Shown piece by piece: positions 56,001 to 64,000 of a stretch of 64,000 nt of DNA (its first letter is position 1; every line of letters begins with the position of its first letter). The position numbers and the translations under genes were made by a program. Source of the DNA: the human T2T-CHM13v2.0 reference genome, Homo sapiens; assembly GCF_009914755.1 (NCBI RefSeq), contig NC_060947.1. The stretch is one strand, 5' to 3'. Under the pieces are notes generated by a model. The model did no database searches and was not told where the DNA came from. It was given only the letters and a program-made list of their open reading frames with translations.

Positions 56001-57970
56001 TTTCTTTTACCTTTGCTCTGATCTTTGTTATTTCCTTTCTTCTGCTAACTTTCAGTTTGGCTTGTTCTTGTGTCTGTAGTTCCTTGGGGTGTGATATTAG
56101 GTTGTCAATTTTTGATCTTTCAGACATTCTCATATAGGCATTTAGAACTATAAACATTCGTCTTAGCACTGCTTTTGTTATAACCCAGAAAATTTGATAA
56201 CTTTTGTCACTGTTGTCATTCATTTTGAAAATTTTTATTTCTTCATTTTAACTTTCTTGTTGACCCAAAAATCATTCAGCAGCAGATCGTTTAATTTCCA
56301 TGAATTTATATAGTTTTAGGAATTCCTTTTGGAATTGATTTCTAGTATTATTTTGCTCTGATCTGAGAAGATATTTCATATGATTTTGATTTTTTAAAAT
56401 TCATTGAGACTTGTTTGCTGGCATACTATATGGTCTATCTTGGAGAATGTTCCAAGTGCTGATGAGAAGAATGTGTATTCTGAAGTTCTTGGGTAGAATA
56501 TTCTGTAAATTTCTGTTAGGTCCATTTGTTCTAGAGTGCAGTTTAAGTCCAGTGTTTTTTGTTTGTTTGTTTGTTTGTTTCTACCTTAATGATCTGTTTA
56601 ATGCTGTCAACGGAATGTTGAAGTTTCCCACTATCGTTGTGTTGCTAGCTCTTTTCCTAGGTCTAGCAGTAATTGCTTTATGAATATGAGAGCTTCAGTG
56701 TTAGGTGCTTATACATTATGATTGTTATATCTTCTTGTTTAATTGATCCTTTTATCATTACATAATGAAATTATTTGTCTTCTTTTTATTTACTGTAGTA
56801 GCTTTCAAATATTTTTGATCTGAGAATTGCTAATCCTGCTTATTTTTGGTTTCCATGTGCATTAAATATCTTTCTTCATCCCTTTATTTTGAGTCTATAA
56901 GAATATTTATGAGATAATTGTATCTCCTGAAGACAGCAGATATGTGTGATTCTGCAAATCTGTAGCTTTTAAGTGGAGCATTTAGACAATTTACACTCAA
57001 TGTTAGTGTTGAGATGTGAGGCAATCTTCCAGTCTTCATGTTGACTGTACCTAGTGATTTTGTTTTCTTCATCGCATTATTTTTTTATAAGCCCTTATAC
57101 ATTTTATGCTTTCAGGAGTTTCTATTCTGGTGCATGTTTTGTTTCAAAGTTTAGTATTTCTTTTAGCATGTCTTGTATGCCTGGTCAAATATTAACAACT
57201 TTTTTCAGCATTTGCTTTTCTAAGAAAGACTTTATTTTTCTTTCATTTGTGAAACTTAGTTTTGCTGGTTACAAAATTCTTGGCTGAAAGTTATTCTGAT
57301 TAAAGAGACTAAAGATAGGACCCTAATCCTTTCTGGCTTGTAAGGTTTCTACTAAGAAGTCTGTCGTTAATCTGATAGGTTTTCCTTTATAGGTTACCTG
57401 GTGCTTTTGTCTCAGTGCTCTTAGAATTCCTTCCTTCATGTTGACCTTATATAGCCTGATGAATATATGCCTTGGTGATGTTCTCTTTACAATGGAGTCT
57501 CCAGGAGTTCTTTGAGCTTCTTGTATTTGGATGCATAAATCTTTAGCAAGGCTGGAGAGTTTTCTTCAATTATTCCCTCAAATAGGTTTTTCAATTTTTT
57601 TTTCTACTTCTTTAGGAACGCCTATCTTTCTTAGGTTTGGCCGTTTTACATAATCCCATATTTCTTGGAGACTTTGTTATTTAAGTCTTTTTAAAAATTT
57701 TTGTCTGATAGGGATAATTTGAAATCCTTGTTTTCAAGCTCTGAAATTCTTTCTTCTACTTGGTCTAGTCTATCATTACAATATTCCACTGGAGTTTTTA
57801 GTTCTCTAAGTGTGTCTTTCATTTCCATTGTGTTTTTATTTAAAATATCTATTTTTAAAATATTAAAATATTTAAAATATCTTTTATTAAAATATGTATA
57901 TCTTCTAAAAGTTAAAAAACCTTTCATTTATATCCTGATTTTATTTCTTTTTTTATTTTTTTAAGGTGAA

Positions 57971-58006
57971 TTTTTATTTTTTATTATACTTTAAGCTTTA
58001 GGGTAC
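57971..58006 (-). mobile_element. Ultra-short (about 36 bp) L1PA 3'-tip insertion
   Basis: tttttattttttattatactttaagctttagggtac is the reverse complement of the young L1PA terminus gtaccctaaaacttaaagtataataaaa; loose TSD. Confidence 0.7.
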
Positions 58007-58160
58007 TTTATGTTGATTTTTCACCCTTCTCTTGTATCTCCTTGAGTAGCTTCCTAATCAACCGTTTGAATTCTTTATGTGTTACTTCATTGATTTTATC
58101 TAGGTTTGGATCCACTGCTTGTTACTGTGATCTTTTGGGGGTATAATAGGACCCAGTTTT

Positions 58161-58476
<316 letters not shown>

Positions 58477-60098
58477 AATAGGACCTAGTTTTTTCATATA
58501 GACATAATTATTTTTCTAGTTCCTCCTCATTTGTGTAGACTGTTTCTTCTAATTACTTTTGTATTTTTTGATTCAATTGTTTTTGTTCATATTTTTTTCT
58601 CACCTTGAGGATGTGACTTTAATGTTTATAGTTTATTGTCACCTAGTTTTGGCTCTGGATGCTTTTAGTGGTGAAAATTTGTATAAGTCCCTTGCTTATA
58701 GAGAATCTTTGAACAATGGTTTTCTCAGATGCTGGTTGTAGTAGTGATGTGATGGCTGTTTGAGCAGATTACCTGTCTCCTGTGAGGCTGGAATGGCAGA
58801 AGTCTCATGAACTTTAATCTCATTCCCACTTAAAAAATTTCTCCATTATTTTCTTCATTGGGTGGAACATTTCAGGATTCAGACCATTAGGAGGTGCCCA
58901 CAGGTAAAAATCCTGCTGTGGCCAAATGCAACGCCCAAATAGTAGGCAGAGCTCCCAGGCTTGACAGAGACAGCTGGGGAAGCTCTCAGTGAAATGTACT
59001 GAGTGAAGTCTTTTCAGGGGGAAAAGAGGCAGCCAACACAGCTCTCCTTCCAGGCCAGCTGGAAAGCAATCTGCCTCCCAGTCACACTCCTGACCCAGTA
59101 TTCTGGCTATTCAGATCAGACAGGAGCCTGTTTCCATCTGGATGAACGCTGTCATTCCACGTGGAGAGTGATTGTGACTCTAGCTCTTCTGCAAGCCTGA
59201 ACCTAGAGGGCACTCCTCCTGCGGAGTGCCACCTGAAAGTATTCAAGAAAGGCTGTCTACAAATGCACCCATGCTAAGTTCCTGTGGGAGCAGGCCCAGT
59301 TGTGTCTGCAGTGGTGGATGAGGAGAAGTTTACTTCTCCAAGACCCTTCATGAGCACCGGGGGTGCCTGACTGTTGGGGTAGTGCTGGTGACTTTCCTCA
59401 CTGAGCCCAGTACTGCACCTGCACCTCTGCTGAATGAAACTTCCCACGGGTAGAGACTTCAGGGACTCAAGACCTGCAGTCTGTTTTTGTTTTTTGTTCC
59501 CCACCCCACCAACCACCACAGGGTTACCCATTAATGTGGTATACTCTGCCTTCCCCTAGGAGTAGCAGTCTCCAAAGGACAGACTACTGTGAATCCTGCT
59601 GCTCCTCCATGTCTAGTGGCCCAGTGGGTCTGCCACACTCCAGGCTGTTGCTAGGGCAATGGTGATAGCTGAGGTTGCACAAAAGTTTTTTTTTTTTTTT
59701 TCCTTCCTGAGTGCTGTGTTATTGTGTCTGCAGATGTTGTAATAGGCTTTTCCAGTTGGCCTCCAGCCAGAAGGTGATGCTTGTAAAAAAGCATGAAATG
59801 TGGTGGTAGCAGTGGAATTTGTGCTTGCGTTAAGTTGCCCAAGGGAGGCATTCTTATGCCTCAGGCATTGGACAGGGCCATGGAACACCCATATGATCCT
59901 GTCTCTGTCCATTCTGTTATGCCACCAGTGCAGGTTGAAGCACAAAGCTGGTGGGGGCTTGGTCAGGTAAGTCCACACTCTGGCTCCCCATGTGCAGGTG
60001 CAAGCAGCAGCCACACTGGGGGTTAAAGGGCAGTTCCCTGACCACCAGGGTAATGTTCCAGGAAACAGCACAGCTGCCTTTGCTGCACAAAAGAATCC

Positions 60099-60448
60099 TA
60101 TGCAGCCATAAAAAATGGTGAGTTCATGTCCTTTGTAGGGACATGGATGAAGCTGGAAACCATCATTCTCAGCAAACTATCGCAAGGACAAAAAACCAAA
60201 CACTGCATGTTCTCACTCATAGGTGGCAATTGAACAATGAAAACACATGGACACGGGAAGGGGAACATCATACACCAGGGCCTGTTGTGGGGTGGGGGGA
60301 GGGTGGAGGGATAGCATTAGGAGATATACCTAATGTTAAATGAAGAGTTAATGGGTGCAGCACACCAACATGGCACATGTATACATATGTAACAAACCTG
60401 CACGTTGTGCACATGTACCCTAAAACTTAAAGTATAATTAAAAAAAAA
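60099..60448 (+). mobile_element. Young 5'-truncated L1PA4/5-like insertion
   Basis: Low-divergence L1PA 3' end (cagcaaactatcgcaaggacaaaaaacc...gcattaggagatatacctaatg...taaaacttaaagtataat) plus poly(A); perfect TSD aaaagaatcc at 60089-60098 and 60449-60458. Confidence 0.95.
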
Positions 60449-61814
60449 AAAAGAATCCACACAGGGAGCAGGGGGTAACAGGCATTTACACACATTTTCT
60501 TTATCCATTCATCAGTTGATGGACTCTTAGGTTGATTCCATCTCTATCTTGGCTATTTTGTATAGTGCTGCAATAAATATGGAAGTAGGAAGCATATTTT
60601 ATATTATATGTAGAAAGGTATTTGGCTACAATCTACACAAGTGGATATACTTAGATATTGGCAGATACTTAAATAATTATGGGGTTTTCAATAAATGTAT
60701 TTTTCAGACTTTGAAAATTTCAAATAACCAATAATCCTTTCATTTTTATAAGATAGTTGTTCAGATCTCCTTCAAAAGAAAATTAAGTGTGTCATACTAA
60801 TATTATACCTGATCTAATAACCTCATTGTAGAACAAACTTGTTCTACCTTATTGCTACAATGATATTTTTCTTCTTTTCTTAATATATTCAACTGCTTAT
60901 TGAAAAGTTGAACTGAATGTTTAGTCAATTCAAACAACCATTAAAATCCAGAAACTTTTTTGATTTTTCTCTACCTGAACCAGTTGACAGCGTTCTGTGT
61001 TTAATTCACCCTTTCTGTTGGTTTATGTTAGTTCCAATATAAGTCTTCAATTTGAATATTTCAATTCATTTTACCACTACAAAATCTGCAAAGTAGTTGA
61101 ATGCAACCATAAAGGAAACCAGTACACAAAGTATTTTTTGTTTACGTTTTTACACATCCTTGACATTTTATTTTGATTTTCAAATTGAAATTTGATGATT
61201 TGGTCCACTTGTTTAGTGTTCTAGTGTCCTTACCTTTCATTCTCCTTGATTTCTCGATTTTTTGTGCATATCACTAAATCAATACTAGAGATTTAAAAAA
61301 CACATAAAGGTCTTCCAAAATATAACCACACTGCAACTTTTTGTTGGATTTGTATATCGTGAAAATTAACAATCAGTTGAACTGAAGGACTCTCTAATTT
61401 CCCAAAACAAAAAAAATATATAGAATTCCACACTTAAACATATGAGATAATATAGTCTATCAGGATTTTCACAACAATTATATAATTTAAACATCAAATC
61501 TGCATGAGATACAGAGGGTGAGAATTAATCATTCACTATCCATATGAGGAAACAAATTTTAAAAAGTGAAATGACTGGCTCAAGGTCATATATATTTACA
61601 GAGCCCGAATTAGAAACTCAAATTTTATAACTGCTGCTGCCAATGAATCAAATAACTTCTAGTTTTAATGCTTATAATTAATTAATTTCTTAGGAAAAAT
61701 AAATTACATATATATTCATTACATCATCAAATTACCAATGAAACACCCGTTTTAAAATTTACTGATTTCCAATATGGATTTTTACACATCAAATGAAATC
61801 CTGGAAAAATAATT

Positions 61815-62575
61815 TCTTCAACATTTATTAAGTACCTGCCATGTTCCAGAAAGTGTTCTTGGCATAAGTAAACAGTTGTTATGAAAATGACAGAAGTTTT
61901 CTGCTTTCATGGAAGTTTTATCATAGTGGTATGATAGACAATAAACCACTGAGAAAATGCATGCTAGAATATTTGACATACACTTTTGCTTCTTTTTCTG
62001 AAAAAAGTATATGAATATGGTTTAAAAATGACATATCACCCTAAAATGAACAATTCATCCATAACCTCTGAGGAAAATAAAGCAAAATAAGAAATAGGGA
62101 GAAACAGGAGGTACTAAAAAAGAAAGCCTGGTTGAGAGCTAAAATTTGACAAAAAAAAAGGCTGTATAAAACTTGGGTATAAGAGAGGAAGAGCATTCTA
62201 CACTAAGGAAGTTGAAAGTACAAAGGCCCCGAGGTGGCAATGCACTCAATTTGTCCAGGGAATAGTATTGAGTCCAATGTGACTGCAGCAAAGTAAACAA
62301 GGAAAAGACGTATAGGAGAGGAGATCAGACAGTTTGAGATGAGCTTGATCATGTATGGTTACATTTTATTCTAATTGCGATGGAAAGCCAGTTAATGCCT
62401 GGCAAAATCTAACTTCTGTTCTACAAGGACCATTCAGGAAATTAACATTAAGAATGTGGAAGAAAAAAGTCTAGTTAGAAGGCTGCTGCAATAGTCCAAG
62501 AAAGAGATAATGGTGGTTTGGAGTGGGCTAGTAGAGGTGGCTGTGAGAGAAGTGAAAATACCTGAGATAGAATCA
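61815..62575 (-). mobile_element. L2 fragments
   Basis: ttcaacatttattaagtacctgccatgttccag; gtacaaaggccccgaggtggcaatg; gttagaaggctgctgcaatagtccaag. Confidence 0.75.
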
Positions 62576-63451
62576 ACACAGTGCAGAAATTGTGTTTCGT
62601 TAATCTTCTTATCCTCAGTGCATAGTACAATACCTGACACACAAGTAGTGCCTGATAACTGTAATTTGAAGAAATAGTCTGATAGATTTCCCACAGCAAA
62701 AGTCATCCATAACACTTGAAATGTGTTCTGTGATTCTTTGCGCTTTAACAAAACTGAAGCATAGATGTATTAATATTGTTTGTTACTATCAGAAAAGAAC
62801 GTGGATATTCATTTTATAGGAACCGAAACTCTAGATGTCGGATAAGTCTTACAAATGATCTGGGAGGCCAAATTGCACTTCCTCTTCATTCATGCGTATT
62901 AATGCCAAGCATCATTATGCTCTAGAGACATTCCTACCTAGGACTTTGGAAATACTGAATAATAATGAATTGCTACAGGTGATGCTCATCAAGTGCAGGA
63001 ATAAGATGCTAACCCCAAGGAATAAGTCATGAAGCATAAACTCATGAAGGAAAATGCCTGTGTCTTATCTCCATACACAGAAGAGTGCCTTATGCATATT
63101 AGCCACTGGCTTCATGTTTGTTGAGCCGAATGGCAGAAATACTACTAGGCAATTTTCATATATCTAGATTAGTAGAGAAATAAATATGTGTAGGAAGGAG
63201 GTAAATTTAACTATGATAAATTATAAATCATAAAGGAGACTCATCTATAAAGAATTTGAGAGTAAACTGTGGTGTCTTCTAGTGCCATCTACTGCCAAAT
63301 TTTTGAGATACAAAATAAGCCTAATTGATAATATTTCACCTTTTTAATGATATGGATACTTAAGATTAAGATGCAGCTACCTTTTCCAGTACTGCCATTA
63401 ATTTTGCACCCACTCAGGACAATAAAATCCCTCATATATGTATGTATAGAA

Positions 63452-63667
63452 CAGGATTCCTTAAAGCACCATTGACATTATGGGTCAGATAATTTTCTGT
63501 TGTAGGGAGCACTACTGTGCTTTGCAGGATGTTTGGCAGCATCCTCGGCTTCTACACATAAATGCCAGTAGCAACTCCACCCACCCCAGTTGTGACATCC
63601 AAAAAAAGTCTCCGGACTTTGCAAACTGTTCCCTGTGGGGCAAAATCTTCCCAATTTAGAAACATTA
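63452..63667 (-). mobile_element. MER20 (hAT-Charlie) DNA transposon
   Basis: attgacattatgggtcagataatt...ggatgtttggcagcatcc...atgccagtagca...ccccagttgtgaca...ggggcaaaatc. Confidence 0.9.
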
Positions 63668-63689
63668 GTATAGGAAAAGAAAATTAACA

Positions 63690-64000
63690 TCCATGCATTT
63701 GTTAATCCATTCTATAAATTGTTTTAATACCTGCTGTGTACTAAGGATAAAGCTAGCTTCTAGGAATACATTGGTGAATGAAAAAGATGCGGTCTCTGCC
63801 TTAATGGACCTCCCAGTAGAAAAGATAAGCCACCAAAGTGCAGAAATACATGCATAAGTTTAAAGTGCAGTAAATTCTATGAAAGAAAATACAATGACCT
63901 AGATAAAGTGGTCAGGGAAAGCTGCTCAGAAGAGGTTACATTTAAACTCAGGCATGAAGCATGAGAAAAAGACAACCAAGGGAAGAGTGAGAAAGAGTGT
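63690..64000 (-). mobile_element. L2 fragment running off the window end
   Basis: ccattctataaattgttttaatacctgctgtgtactaagg...gtggtcagggaaagctgctcagaagaggttacattt. Confidence 0.8.

Noticed and set aside
60828-60847. Palindrome gtagaacaa-ac-ttgttctac as a steroid response element
   Set aside because: The AGAACA and TGTTCT half-sites are 4 nt apart, not the 3 nt of a canonical GRE/ARE/PRE; a short hairpin is plausible by chance.

Overview
Primate (most likely human or other hominoid) AT-rich non-coding genomic DNA, either intergenic or deep intronic. Most of the window is interspersed repeats. These include several large, decayed L1s (L1MA, L1MC, L1PB and L1PA classes) and six dimeric Alus plus a FLAM. 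There are two full-length THE1 MaLR proviruses, solo LTRs (MER4A, MLT1A, MLT2A, MSTC-like), hAT DNA transposon relics (MER58A, MER5A, MER20) and many L2/MIR fragments. I found no host protein-coding gene, RNA gene or processed pseudogene; the longer ORFs in the track translate repeat sequence and the rest look like chance ORFs. I found no new biological system. The most notable structure is a nested event at about 29.5-32.5 kb: a 5'-inverted (twin-primed) L1PA appears to carry a 3'-transduced MLT1A LTR fragment ending at the LTR's own poly(A) site, and it sits inside an older L1MA that is itself 5'-inverted. Also notable are a CpG-retaining CTCF/forkhead candidate element near 39.2-39.8 kb and DUX4-type motifs in the MLT2A and THE1 LTRs. 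Subfamily names come from recalled consensus sequences, not database searches, and boundaries of old repeats are approximate.
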